DNA of 64,000 bases from Candidatus Gastranaerophilales bacterium (GCA_017467305.1 JAFTSM010000065.1:1353-65352), one strand, 5' to 3'. Positions 52,235 through 62,236 are shown, counted from the first letter of the stretch. Notes: a model not told the origin generated them from the sequence alone. Numbers and translations: made by a program.

Positions 52235-54640
52235 CTATTTTATTCTTTTGAATATTGCTGTTGTTTGACCTGATAATTTGATTGGTGATTTGTTTTCTCC
52301 GTCACTATGGATTATTGTTGTACCATTGATATTTCCGCTACCACCATACTTTTTATCATCTGTATTGATTTTTTCAACCCAAACACCTTTTGGAAATTTA
52401 ATATAGTAATCGGCAGCGTCTCTTCTTGGATATGTTGAATCACTAAAGTTAGTTACTGAGAAAATTTCATTTTTTCGTTCTGGGTCTAATGCGTGAGTAG
52501 CAAATACATTATCAAGATTTTTTACAGTGTTATCTGTAATTAAATAGCCTCTTGTAAGTGCTGAGTTTTCTTCATTTAACTGATTTAAATCCTTTGTTAA
52601 ATTTCTGAATTTATTCATAAGGGCTCTGCCGTTTGGAGAATAGCTGATGCTACCTATAGTTGATTCTTTATATCCAGCTAAACCAGTATCATACCCTTTT
52701 TCTATATGTATGTGTTTTTCTTCTCTTGCAGAGTCAAATTGTCTGAAAAATCTAAAAGGTGTTAAATCAGCTTTATCATCACCTTGGAAGACCATTTTAG
52801 GGCCAGGAATAGAATATGTTCTTGCAAGTGCCATTTTATTTTTGTTGAAGCTCTTCATGAACATTGCTTTAACTACATCATATGTGATACCAGAGTTTGA
52901 TTTTATACCAAGTGGTTTTAAAATTTCATCTATAAAAGCTTGGTCTATTTGGTGTTTTTTTCTTCTTTGTAGAATAGATGAAGTATCATATTTATCTAGT
53001 TCACCAGTTTGGAACAAGATTTCTAAGTCTTCTGCAACAAACTGTGCTTTTTGTGATTGAACAGTTCTGTAAGCATCGTGTGGGTTCATACCTTTTTGTT
53101 TGCACATAGCATCAGCACGTTTTTCATCTTCTGAGGAAAGTTCTACATTTTCATTCAAATGTAACATTGGAACCATTAATTTTGCGATAAGTCTTGAGCC
53201 TTCTTTGTTTCCTATTTCATCGTGACTCATAACGTATTTAACGCTGTCTTGTGCACAGTAGCAAGCTTTTTCAAATTTATCTAAATTAAGAACACCATAT
53301 AAACCGTCTTCAAGTGTATGGTGGTAGTTAAAGTCCCATTCGCTATCGTAACCAAGTCTACCTAAAGAAGTATTGCCATTTGCAATATTTTCAATTGCTT
53401 CACAGTGAACAGATTCACTGTTATAATGACCATATTCTTCTGGACGTAAAGGGTTTACAACACGCTTATCATGAACTTCACTGTGATTTTGCCAGAAGTT
53501 TCCATATGTATCAACGCTAATTCCTTCTCTTGCATCTTCTGCAATTAAGAAAGCATCCGGTTTGTGGTAATTGATTTCTGCTGCAATTTGTTTCATTGTG
53601 TAATCAGATTCCATATATTTTGTCATATCGAGTCTTAAACCGTCACAGTGATAGTTTTCAAGCCAGTTTAATGCTGTGTTGACGATATAGTCTCTAACAT
53701 ATCTTGAGTTTTCCCCTTCAAAATTGAACGCTTCACCAAAATCGTTAGTTCCTTTTATGTATGGACCTGTCTTTTTCAAAGAAGCACCGTCTGGACCTAA
53801 GTGATTTGGTACTAAGTCCATAATTACGTTCAATCCAATACTGTGCGCGTAATCAATTAATTCTTTTAATTGATCTGGACCGCCTCTATGTTCTGCTGGT
53901 GCAAATTTATCAACGCCATCATATCCCCAGTTAAATGAATATGTATTTTCTACTGGCATAATTTCTATTGCGTTAAATCCAGCTTGTTTTATACCATTTA
54001 AAGCACCTTTTGCACTTTTGAATGTACCTGCCTTTGTTAATGTTGCAGTATTAAATTCGTATATTCTTGCACTATCAACTGGAGTTAATTGATTGTATTT
54101 ATTAGCACGTCGTGAAATTCTTGCTTTATTTGTTTTGAACCAGCTATCATCTTTCCAATTGTATAATGAATGGTCATATACAACGGATTCTCCTAAAAGT
54201 TTTTCTTGGCGGAATGAGTATGGGTCTTTTACAGTGTCTACGTCACCATTACCTTTGTAAATTGTATAAGAATATTTGTCACCGTGTTCAACTTCTCCTG
54301 CTGGAATTTTTTCTGAAGTTTCGAAAATTCCGTTTCCTTTATTTTCTAGTTCATAAGTTTTTTGTTGTGTTTCATCGTCTCTTTTTGTGACAGTAACAGT
54401 AACACTTTTGGTATCTGGATAAGTGAAAAGTTTAAATGAAGTTTCTTTTGTTTTAGGGTCAATTACTGCCCCCCAGCTTTTGTGTTCTGCCCAGGTTCTT
54501 CCAAATGAAATTGGTTTATAACAAATATTGGAAAGTTGAGTTATTTGATTTTTTTTATTTTCAATATTTTTGTTTGTTTTCTTTTCTAATACTTGTGCTT
54601 GTTTAATACTTTGGATGCTATTAATACTATTTACCTTCAT
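52235..54640 (-). CDS. GH13 alpha-amylase-family enzyme (branching-enzyme / TreZ-like) with ~50-aa N-terminal extension
   Basis: GH13 regions are present: VIMDLVPNH (I), GLRLDMTKY (II), FLIAEDA (III) and VMSHDEIGN (IV). A CBM48-like segment precedes the catalytic domain. The ATG at 54640 is preferred over the TTG at 54646. Confidence 0.75.
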   Translation of the reverse strand: MKVNSINSIQSIKQAQVLEKKTNKNIENKKNQITQLSNICYKPISFGRTWAEHKSWGAVIDPKTKETSFKLFTYPDTKSVTVTVTKRDDETQQKTYELENKGNGIFETSEKIPAGEVEHGDKYSYTIYKGNGDVDTVKDPYSFRQEKLLGESVVYDHSLYNWKDDSWFKTNKARISRRANKYNQLTPVDSARIYEFNTATLTKAGTFKSAKGALNGIKQAGFNAIEIMPVENTYSFNWGYDGVDKFAPAEHRGGPDQLKELIDYAHSIGLNVIMDLVPNHLGPDGASLKKTGPYIKGTNDFGEAFNFEGENSRYVRDYIVNTALNWLENYHCDGLRLDMTKYMESDYTMKQIAAEINYHKPDAFLIAEDAREGISVDTYGNFWQNHSEVHDKRVVNPLRPEEYGHYNSESVHCEAIENIANGNTSLGRLGYDSEWDFNYHHTLEDGLYGVLNLDKFEKACYCAQDSVKYVMSHDEIGNKEGSRLIAKLMVPMLHLNENVELSSEDEKRADAMCKQKGMNPHDAYRTVQSQKAQFVAEDLEILFQTGELDKYDTSSILQRRKKHQIDQAFIDEILKPLGIKSNSGITYDVVKAMFMKSFNKNKMALARTYSIPGPKMVFQGDDKADLTPFRFFRQFDSAREEKHIHIEKGYDTGLAGYKESTIGSISYSPNGRALMNKFRNLTKDLNQLNEENSALTRGYLITDNTVKNLDNVFATHALDPERKNEIFSVTNFSDSTYPRRDAADYYIKFPKGVWVEKINTDDKKYGGSGNINGTTIIHSDGENKSPIKLSGQTTAIFKRIK

Positions 54641-54757
54641 ACACAAAACCCCAATTCGATGACATATATATAAGTCTATTGAAGCATAATAAGTGCCTTT
54701 TATGGAATAAAATTTGCAAATGTTTACAAAAGGACTATATGCTATTTTATTCAGTAT

Positions 54758-55174
54758 TTATGCATATAGCGATAATCTTTGACCAATCAAATTTTCTTGT
54801 TCAGGAATAGGAGTTGTTAATAAATGCATATTTGCTTTATAGGCAAAGTCTGACATATCTCCTAATGAATGTTTTTTCTCAATACTGTTTATTTCATCTT
54901 GTGTTTCTTTGTTGTCTATTTGCGAAGCATTGCTTGATTTTAAATTATTGTTGCCGTCTGTTGTATATAATGTTTGTGGCAAGCTTTCTAGTGCTTTTTT
55001 CTCTCTTTCGAATTCTTTTTGTGAAATTTGACCGTGCTTCATTTTTTCTTCAAGTTTTTTTATTTCTTTTTCAACACTTGAAGAATTTAGTGAGAATTTA
55101 TTTCCACTTCCTTTTTGTTGGTATATTGAGTTTATTGTTCTAGATTTTAACTGTGATAATGCAGCAATACTCAT
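54758..55174 (-). CDS. hypothetical protein
   Basis: 138-aa ORF with a K/E-rich helical middle. No domain recognised. Confidence 0.45.
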   Translation of the reverse strand: MSIAALSQLKSRTINSIYQQKGSGNKFSLNSSSVEKEIKKLEEKMKHGQISQKEFEREKKALESLPQTLYTTDGNNNLKSSNASQIDNKETQDEINSIEKKHSLGDMSDFAYKANMHLLTTPIPEQENLIGQRLSLYA

Positions 55175-55219
55175 ACTAAAACACCTTTACTTATTTTCTT
55201 AGTCTTTAGAAAACAAATA

Positions 55220-55249
55220 AAATCCAAGAATTAATCAATTCTTGGATTT
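55220..55249 (-). terminator. intrinsic terminator after the GGDEF gene
   Basis: 13-bp stem AAATCCAAGAATT / AATTCTTGGATTT. It is T-rich downstream on the minus strand. Confidence 0.6.
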
Positions 55250-55276
55250 TGTAAAAAAATATTAATTTTTAATTTT

Positions 55277-57148
55277 CTATTCTTCTATAAAACCAACTTG
55301 ATTTCTTCCATTTTCTTTAGCTTTGTATAAGCATTTGTCAGAGTATTCTATTAAATCAGTTGGTGTTTTACCATTTTGTGGGTATGTTGCGACTCCTAAG
55401 CTTATAGTTATTTGAACTTCCAAATCTGGAGAAAGTTCATATTGTTTTGAAGCGATTGTTTTACATATTTTTTCTGCAACAGCAACGGCAGTTTCTCTGT
55501 TTACGTTGTTTAGAATGATTGCCATTTCCTCACCACCATATCTGCAGACAAAATCTTCATTCCTTACGCAAGATTTTAATGTTTTAGCAACGTGTTTTAA
55601 AACGGCATCTCCAGCTTGGTGTCCATATTTATCGTTGAATTTTTTAAAGAAATCAATGTCTATCAATATTAAAGAAAAATTGTTTTTTAATTTTTCTGCA
55701 AAATCAATCTTCTTTCTCATTTCTTCTTGGAAAAATCTATGGTTATATAATTCTGTTAAACCGTCTGTTGTTGCTAATTTATATGTGTATTCAAAATCTC
55801 TTGATTTAAGTAAATATTTTACGATGAATGAGCATACAAAACAGAAAATTGCTAGGATTAATGGTACAACTACCCACGTCCAAACATTATATTTTGTCAT
55901 TACGTATGTTGAAAAATATAAGAAGGCAAAAATCAATCCACTAAATAATGGTATAGAAACATAAACGCTTCTAATCTTGAATACAGTAAATATTGCTGCA
56001 ATAGATAGTATGATTGAAATTGCTACATTGTAAGGTAGTGAAGCTTTATGTATTAAATTATTATCGATAATGTTATTTAAAAGAGTTGTATGAATTTCAA
56101 CCCCCGGTAAATATTTGCTTGTAGGTACTGTTTTTATATCTGATAGTGAGAATACGTTAGTTCCAATATATACGATTTTATCTTTAAAAAAGTCATTAGG
56201 TAAAACTTCTTTGTTACCAGTTTCTTTTGCTTTTATTGATTTTATTACTTCCCAGAAGGATACATACTTAAATGAGTCTGGATTTATTAATCCGCTTTCT
56301 CCATACCAGTTTAAGATTGCTTCTGCATTTTCGTTTAGTGGAAGTTTTCTATTTCCAAGAATTAGGTTATTGTTTTTATCTATTTTAATTTCTTGTATAT
56401 TTGCATTTTCATATTTATTTAAATAATCAATTGCTAATTTTACTGTCATATATAAATAGTTATCCATTTGTTTAATAGATAAATCCTCATTATACTCTGG
56501 ATAATTAACAATTAATGGAACAGTTCTAATAAATCCATCGTCAGATTTTGGCGTATTAATGTGTCCAATTCTGTCCGTAGCATTTATTATTTCTTCCATA
56601 ATAATTCTACAATTTGTAAATACAGTTGGTTTTATTTTATCTGTTTCAAATTTTATATTTGTCGTGATTTTTTTATCTACATTAGGAGGTGTCCTAAGTT
56701 CAAAATTATAATCATCAAAATTCATTGCGGTGAATGTGTTTTGATATTTTTTAAATTTTTGAATAAGTTGTTCATCACTTTGAGGGATTCTTTTTAATGA
56801 CTTTATAAATAACAAATCAAATGCAATAAATTTAGGGTTTTGGTTTTGTACATATTCAACTAAATCTGCGTAAACACTTCTTGGAATAGGCCAATCACCA
56901 TATGTTTCAACTAAATATTCATATGAAGGATCATCAACTGTAATGATAACAATATCATCCCTTACTTTTTTATCTTTTGTAATTATATTTTGCCTTATAT
57001 CAAATGTCTTATTTTCCATTATTCTAATAATATTTTTCGTTTCTTCTTTAGGAAAAACAAAAAACAACAATGAAAAAAGCAGAACTAACAGAAGACTAAA
57101 GAATATATCGTATCTGTGTCTATATATAAAGCTAATAAATTTATTCAT
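55277..57148 (-). CDS. CHASE2 sensor domain diguanylate cyclase (GGDEF)
   Basis: The N-terminal TM is followed by IVIITVDDPSYEYL...GDWPIPRSVYADLV...IAFDLLF (CHASE2), then 3-4 TMs. The GGDEF domain has RYGGEEM and an RNED (RxxD) I-site 5 residues upstream. Confidence 0.8.
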   Translation of the reverse strand: MNKFISFIYRHRYDIFFSLLLVLLFSLLFFVFPKEETKNIIRIMENKTFDIRQNIITKDKKVRDDIVIITVDDPSYEYLVETYGDWPIPRSVYADLVEYVQNQNPKFIAFDLLFIKSLKRIPQSDEQLIQKFKKYQNTFTAMNFDDYNFELRTPPNVDKKITTNIKFETDKIKPTVFTNCRIIMEEIINATDRIGHINTPKSDDGFIRTVPLIVNYPEYNEDLSIKQMDNYLYMTVKLAIDYLNKYENANIQEIKIDKNNNLILGNRKLPLNENAEAILNWYGESGLINPDSFKYVSFWEVIKSIKAKETGNKEVLPNDFFKDKIVYIGTNVFSLSDIKTVPTSKYLPGVEIHTTLLNNIIDNNLIHKASLPYNVAISIILSIAAIFTVFKIRSVYVSIPLFSGLIFAFLYFSTYVMTKYNVWTWVVVPLILAIFCFVCSFIVKYLLKSRDFEYTYKLATTDGLTELYNHRFFQEEMRKKIDFAEKLKNNFSLILIDIDFFKKFNDKYGHQAGDAVLKHVAKTLKSCVRNEDFVCRYGGEEMAIILNNVNRETAVAVAEKICKTIASKQYELSPDLEVQITISLGVATYPQNGKTPTDLIEYSDKCLYKAKENGRNQVGFIEE

Positions 57149-57157
57149 GAAAACTCC

Positions 57158-57185
57158 AATAGATAATAATTAATTATTATCTATT
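57158..57185. promoter_or_regulatory. perfect 28-bp palindrome abutting the SD of the CHASE2-GGDEF gene
   Basis: AATAGATAATAATT|AATTATTATCTATT at 57158-57185. The SD (GGAG, reverse of 57154-57157) and the start codon (57148) follow immediately on the minus strand. Confidence 0.4.
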
Positions 57186-57578
57186 TTTGAGTTTTTTTCA
57201 ATTTCTTCAATATTCTTTAAAAATATATTAGATAAGTCTTTAATTTCATCAGGATTGATTAAAAAATTAAGTAGACAGAGCTCATTCAAATTCATTAATA
57301 AATTCCTACCCAAACTATAATTTTATTCTATCAATTTGGTATTTTCTAACATCAACTTGAAGTATGAATAAGTAGGGTTTTCTCATACTTTATTTGTATG
57401 ACTTTTTGTTCAAATTTATCTAGTTATAATAATTAACCTTGTTTATCGTCATAAAAGGTAATGAAGATAAGTGGTCAAACGTATCATAATTCATAGATAG
57501 AAAAGCTATAAAAATAATCTAATAAAAATATAAAGAAGTGTTTGCCTGTAACATTTCTTTTATGAACAAGGAGGAAAA

Positions 57579-59603
57579 ATGAAATTAAACAAAATTACAC
57601 TTGCCGCCGTTTTAACAATGGGTGTAATGGCAAGTACAAATGCAGGTTTTTCTCAAGAAATAGCAACTGAATCAACAGAGCTTTTAGCAGCTTGCCCTTT
57701 GTCTGGATGCCCTTCTCCTGTGACACCGCAAACTGCAAAATGTCCTAAATGTCTAAATGATTTAGATCGTTGTTCTTGTCAACCAAAAGTAACTTGTGAT
57801 CCGTGTGCAAAGAAAAAGGATTGTAATACTTGTCAACCTGTAGCAAGTGATTGTAACCCTTGTCCGCCAATTGCGGCTTGCCCAGAACCTTCACAACCAG
57901 TTTGTGCGGTATGTCCTGCACCAAATGATGCTGACAAATTTAGACAACAAGTTTATGCTTATCCAAATGCGATTTATGGTATGAATCAAGTTGTTGGTGA
58001 AAGAAATAATGGTTTATACATTGGTGATGGTTCAAAAGGTTGTTTTTCTGGTGTTCCAGTAGCTAATCCAACAACAATCGGTTGTGGATGTGGTTGTGAT
58101 GATGGTTCAATGACTGGTGCTGCTGCTCCTATTCCATGTTTAGACAATGCACCTTGTATTCATGGTGTTCCTGTTGATGTAGATACATCTTGTGGTTGCC
58201 CAGTTCAAATTCATACCAATACAAGTACGGAAGCTATGAAAAGAACAATGGAACCTTTTACATATTCTAGCTCTTCTGGTATGACTGGTGGTGCAGCACC
58301 TATAGTAAGTGCGTTCCCAGATGTTCCGGACGGTTATTGGGCTAGTTGTGATATAAATACATTAACGCAAAACCACGTGATTGCTGGTTATCCAGATAGA
58401 ACATTTAAACCAACTCTTCCTATTTCAAGAGCTGAAATGGCAACTTTAGTTGTAAAAGGTTTCAATCTTGATAATGATTACACATCTACAACTAAAATGT
58501 TCAAGGATGTTCCAGAGTCTCATTGGGCAAACAAAACTATTGCTAAAGCTGTTAATAACGGTATGATGGCTGGTTATCCTAATAATTTATTTAAACCAGA
58601 ACAATCAATTTCTAGGGCAGAAGCTTTAACAATAATGTCAAAGGGTATAAATTGTCCTATGGATGAATGTAAGGCAGAACAGATTTTAAGTCAGTATTGT
58701 GACGGAGATTCTGTACCAAGTTGGGCAAAAGTTCCTGTTGCAAAAGTGTTAGAAACTGGTGCTATATCTGAGTTCCCAAATTCAAATCAAATTTCACCAA
58801 ACAAAGATGCTAGTCGTGCAGAAATTGCTTCTATGCTTGAAAATGTTCGTGTTGCAATGGGTTACAGTAAAGATGATGCAGTAGCTTCAACTGATTGTAA
58901 TTCTTGTGAAACAAAACAAGCATTTTATGAAAAAGAAGAAATTGTAAATATCCCAACTCTTCAATTAACATTTAGTGATGAAATTAGTGCAAAATCTGCT
59001 CACGTAGGTGATAGATTCTCAGCTAAAACTATTGATTCTGTTACTATAGGCAATATGGAATTCCCAGCTGGTTCAAAGGTTTATGGTAAAGTTCTAGAAG
59101 TTGTTAGACCAGATAGCCATTGTCAAGGTGCATTAAAATTATCATTTGAAAGAATTCAAAATGGTAAATGTAAGGCAGATTTACCTAGCCAAATTTTAAC
59201 AGCACAAGTAGCTAAGATTAAAAAGCCAAACGCAGTAGCTCGTGTAGTTGAGTTCCCATTCACTTGGGCTGGTGGTATTTTAGGTAACGTAGGTAGAACA
59301 GTAGGTGGTGCATTAGTTAGTGCAAGTAATGCTGTTGAACAAACAGTTACTGGTATTGGCGTCGGTACCGGAGAAATATTCCAAGGTGAGTTCAAAGCTG
59401 CTGGTAGAAGTTACTTAGATGTTGGTAAAGCAATAGTTAAGGCTCCTGTTGATTTAACAAGAACTGCTTTATCTGGTACAATGGGTATCTTCCAATATTC
59501 TGGCGATGAAATTAGTTACTTAGTTGACCCAAAAGGAACAAAGGTATCTTCTGTTAACCCAAGGGAAAAAGTTACAATTGCTTTTGGTTGTCAAGAACAA
59601 TAA
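57579..59603 (+). CDS. SLH-domain envelope protein with Cys/Pro-rich N-terminal region
   Basis: Signal peptide. About 25 Cys lie in residues 40-210. SLH repeats are present (FPDVPDGYWA...GYPDRTFKP...ISRAEMA; FKDVPESHWA...GYPNNLFKP...ISRAEAL; a third is degenerate). Confidence 0.75.
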   Translation: MKLNKITLAAVLTMGVMASTNAGFSQEIATESTELLAACPLSGCPSPVTPQTAKCPKCLNDLDRCSCQPKVTCDPCAKKKDCNTCQPVASDCNPCPPIAACPEPSQPVCAVCPAPNDADKFRQQVYAYPNAIYGMNQVVGERNNGLYIGDGSKGCFSGVPVANPTTIGCGCGCDDGSMTGAAAPIPCLDNAPCIHGVPVDVDTSCGCPVQIHTNTSTEAMKRTMEPFTYSSSSGMTGGAAPIVSAFPDVPDGYWASCDINTLTQNHVIAGYPDRTFKPTLPISRAEMATLVVKGFNLDNDYTSTTKMFKDVPESHWANKTIAKAVNNGMMAGYPNNLFKPEQSISRAEALTIMSKGINCPMDECKAEQILSQYCDGDSVPSWAKVPVAKVLETGAISEFPNSNQISPNKDASRAEIASMLENVRVAMGYSKDDAVASTDCNSCETKQAFYEKEEIVNIPTLQLTFSDEISAKSAHVGDRFSAKTIDSVTIGNMEFPAGSKVYGKVLEVVRPDSHCQGALKLSFERIQNGKCKADLPSQILTAQVAKIKKPNAVARVVEFPFTWAGGILGNVGRTVGGALVSASNAVEQTVTGIGVGTGEIFQGEFKAAGRSYLDVGKAIVKAPVDLTRTALSGTMGIFQYSGDEISYLVDPKGTKVSSVNPREKVTIAFGCQEQ

Positions 59604-59621
59604 AAATAATTATTTCCCTAG

Positions 59622-59651
59622 AGAAAGTCCTCGTATGAGGGCTTTCTTTTT
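59622..59651 (+). terminator. intrinsic terminator
   Basis: AGAAAGTCCTC ... GAGGGCTTTCT hairpin followed by a T-run. Confidence 0.6.
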
Positions 59652-59721
59652 AAGTTAAATATATGATTACTACATTAAAAAATATGGTAAAATTTTCATA
59701 GGTAGTAGAATTGAGGTATTT

Positions 59722-60282
59722 ATGGCAGATAATGTTGATGTGATTTTAAATTGTCCTGCTTGTGGCAAGCCAATGAAAAAAGTCTATATGGATGAACAAA
59801 ATCTTTATCTTGATGTTTGTTTAGATGGTTGTGGTGGCATATATTTTGATAATCGTGAATATAAAAAGTTTGATGAAGGTAATGAAGATATTTCTCCACT
59901 TATAGAAGCTTATAAAAATAAAACTTTTAATGAAATTTCTGATTCTGAAGAAAGAGTTTGTCCAAAATGTAATAGTAAAATGGTAAAACATTATTCTAGT
60001 TCAAAATATGAAATTCAAATTGATGATTGTTATTCTTGTGGAGGTATTTTCTTGGACTATGGTGAGTTAAAGAGAATTCGTTCTGAATATCTTGAAGAAC
60101 AGCATAGAACTACTGATGTCTTACAACAGCTTGATGATAATATTGGCTCTTATTTAAGAGAAAGAGAAATTCGTCATTCGAATATAAATGATAGAAGCTT
60201 TTTTAGGAAGCATTGTTCAAATTTAGTTAAAGAGTTTGTATTAAAATTTCAATCAAATTTAGAAACAGAAAATATTCAATAA
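59722..60282 (+). CDS. double zinc-ribbon protein (zf-TFIIB-like)
   Basis: There are two copies of CPxC...(M/V)...DxCxxCGGI(Y/F)(F/L)D..E: CPACGKPM...CLDGCGGIYFDNREYKKF and CPKCNSKM...CYSCGGIFLDYGELKRI. Confidence 0.65.
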   Translation: MADNVDVILNCPACGKPMKKVYMDEQNLYLDVCLDGCGGIYFDNREYKKFDEGNEDISPLIEAYKNKTFNEISDSEERVCPKCNSKMVKHYSSSKYEIQIDDCYSCGGIFLDYGELKRIRSEYLEEQHRTTDVLQQLDDNIGSYLREREIRHSNINDRSFFRKHCSNLVKEFVLKFQSNLETENIQ

Positions 60283-60284
60283 GA

Positions 60285-60308
60285 AAAGCCCTCTTAATAG
60301 AGGGCTTT
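60285..60308. terminator. bidirectional intrinsic terminator
   Basis: AAAGCCCTCT-taat-AGAGGGCTTT between convergent genes. Confidence 0.65.
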
Positions 60309-60313
60309 AAAAT

Positions 60314-61066
60314 TTATACATCAATTTTTTCCATTAACTCATCGGATATATCAAAGTTTGAATATACATTTTGTACGTCGTCATGTTCTTCTAACTTAGA
60401 CATTAATCTTAGAATGTTAGTTGCTATTTTTTCATCAGTTACTTCTACTGTGTTTTCTGCAATTCTTGTTAATTCGGCAGATGTACCCTTGAAACCATTT
60501 TGTTCTAAAGCTTCAACACAAGATTGAAAGTCTTCTACAGAAGTAATTACCTTATAAATTTCATCTTCATCTAAAACATCTTGTGCGTTAGCCTCAATTG
60601 CAGCTTCAAAAAGTTTGTCAAAATCTGTTGTTTCTTTATCAAATTCTATTGCACCAACTTGTTTGAACATCCAGCCTACACAACCAGTTTCACCTAAATT
60701 ACCACCAAATTTAGAAAATGAACTTCTAATATCTCCAGCTGTTCTATTTCTATTATCAGTCATTGCTTCTATAAATATTGCAGTACCGCCAGCACCATAG
60801 CCTTCGTATGTTAATTCTTCAACGTTATCTGCTCCGCCGCCACCAGCACCTTTTTCAATTGCTCTTTTTATATTGTCGTTTGGTAGACCAGCTGCTTTTG
60901 CTCTATCTATAGCTGTTCTTAAACGGAAGTTACCAGCAGGGTCTGCTCCACCCATTTTTGCTGCTACAATAATTTCTCTTGAAAATTTTTGGAATGTTAC
61001 ACCACGAGCTGCATCTACTGCTGCTTTTTTGTGTTTAATTGTTGACCACTTAGAGTGTCCTGACAT
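60314..61066 (-). CDS. yebC: YebC/PmpR-family DNA-binding regulator
   Basis: [22 protein letters not shown]...[37 protein letters not shown] is a hallmark of the family. Confidence 0.9.
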   Translation of the reverse strand: MSGHSKWSTIKHKKAAVDAARGVTFQKFSREIIVAAKMGGADPAGNFRLRTAIDRAKAAGLPNDNIKRAIEKGAGGGGADNVEELTYEGYGAGGTAIFIEAMTDNRNRTAGDIRSSFSKFGGNLGETGCVGWMFKQVGAIEFDKETTDFDKLFEAAIEANAQDVLDEDEIYKVITSVEDFQSCVEALEQNGFKGTSAELTRIAENTVEVTDEKIATNILRLMSKLEEHDDVQNVYSNFDISDELMEKIDV

Positions 61067-61111
61067 ATATATTTCCTTTCATAATTTTTTCTTTTATATT
61101 ACAATAAAATT

Positions 61112-61885
61112 ATGGAAAATAAAATAAATGATAATTTGCAACAAGCTCTTGATTCTTTCAAAGCTGGTGAATATGAAAAAGCTATTGATGCTTTTAAGTT
61201 AGTGTTAGAAGATGATAATAACAACCCTAATGTTTTAAATAACATTGGTCTTTGTTATTCTAAATTAGCTAAAGATGATTTAGCTTCTGAATATTTTATA
61301 AAAACATTATCTTTTAATCCAAAATCTGTTCAGACTTATATAAATTTAGCTGATGTTTACTATAGAAATAGAAATATTGTTGAAGCAATAAATCTTCTTG
61401 AAAATGGCGTTACAATAATGCCTCAAGAAATTGCTTTAAAACATTATCTTTCTCGTTTTTATGTAGAAGATTGTAGATATGAGCTTGCAATGGATCAACT
61501 TTTTGAAATTTTGGATATTGATGAAGAAAATCTTGATGCATATTGGGATTTAGGTAATATTCAATTTGAACTTGGTGATTATGATAGTGCTGTTCAAAAT
61601 TATGAAAATGTATTAGAAAAAGTTACAGAAAATGCTGTCCTTTATTATCAAACAGCAATTGCATATGAAGCTAATGATAACGTGGATAAAGCAATATCAA
61701 ATCATTTAAAAGCTATTTCTTGTAATGAAAATTTTCATCCTTCATATAAAAAACTTGGTATTTTATTTATGGCAAGAAATGATAATGAAAGTGCTATTGA
61801 ATATTTCCAAGATTATTTAAACTTTGATTTACCAGAAGATGAAAAGAAAAATATTAAAGATTTGATTGATAGAATAAGCAAATGA
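61112..61885 (+). CDS. tetratricopeptide repeat protein
   Basis: Several 34-aa TPR-like units (A..YF.KAL..NP...). Confidence 0.7.
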   Translation: MENKINDNLQQALDSFKAGEYEKAIDAFKLVLEDDNNNPNVLNNIGLCYSKLAKDDLASEYFIKTLSFNPKSVQTYINLADVYYRNRNIVEAINLLENGVTIMPQEIALKHYLSRFYVEDCRYELAMDQLFEILDIDEENLDAYWDLGNIQFELGDYDSAVQNYENVLEKVTENAVLYYQTAIAYEANDNVDKAISNHLKAISCNENFHPSYKKLGILFMARNDNESAIEYFQDYLNFDLPEDEKKNIKDLIDRISK

Positions 61886-61920
61886 TTTATTCTATTGACT
61901 GATAAAAAAGATATAAAATT

Positions 61921-61961
61921 TCCTAATAATTAAACTTAGTATTAGTTATTAGGATTTTTTT
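61921..61961 (+). terminator. terminator-like hairpin whose 3' arm contains the glutaredoxin SD
   Basis: TCCTAATAA (61921-61929) pairs with TTATTAGGA (61946-61954), followed by T7 and then directly the ATG at 61962. Confidence 0.45.
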
Positions 61962-62228
61962 ATGAACGAAATTATTATGTACACAGTCGATTATTGTTCT
62001 TATTGTAAAAAAGCAGAGATGTTTTTTAAAGAAAGAAATATACCTTTTAAAAATATTGATATCACCTCTAATGAAGAGGAATATAGAAAAAAACTTGGTG
62101 AATATTATGATATAAAAGGAAAAGTAACTGTTCCACAAATTATAATTGATGGTAAGAGAATAGGTGGATATGATGATTTAATGGATTACGTTTCCCATTC
62201 TAATTTTAATCAATTATTTAAAAAATAA
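61962..62228 (+). CDS. grx: glutaredoxin
   Basis: IIMYTVDYCSYCKKAEMFF...VPQIIIDGKRIGGYDDL shows the CxxC active site and the glutaredoxin C-terminal motif. Confidence 0.85.
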   Translation: MNEIIMYTVDYCSYCKKAEMFFKERNIPFKNIDITSNEEEYRKKLGEYYDIKGKVTVPQIIIDGKRIGGYDDLMDYVSHSNFNQLFKK

Positions 62229-62236
62229 TCAAAAAA

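Noticed and set aside
57443-57450. GACGATAA on the minus strand upstream of the GGDEF gene
   Set aside because: No TAAA(G) -35 element lies at the proper spacing, and it is ~295 nt from the start codon.
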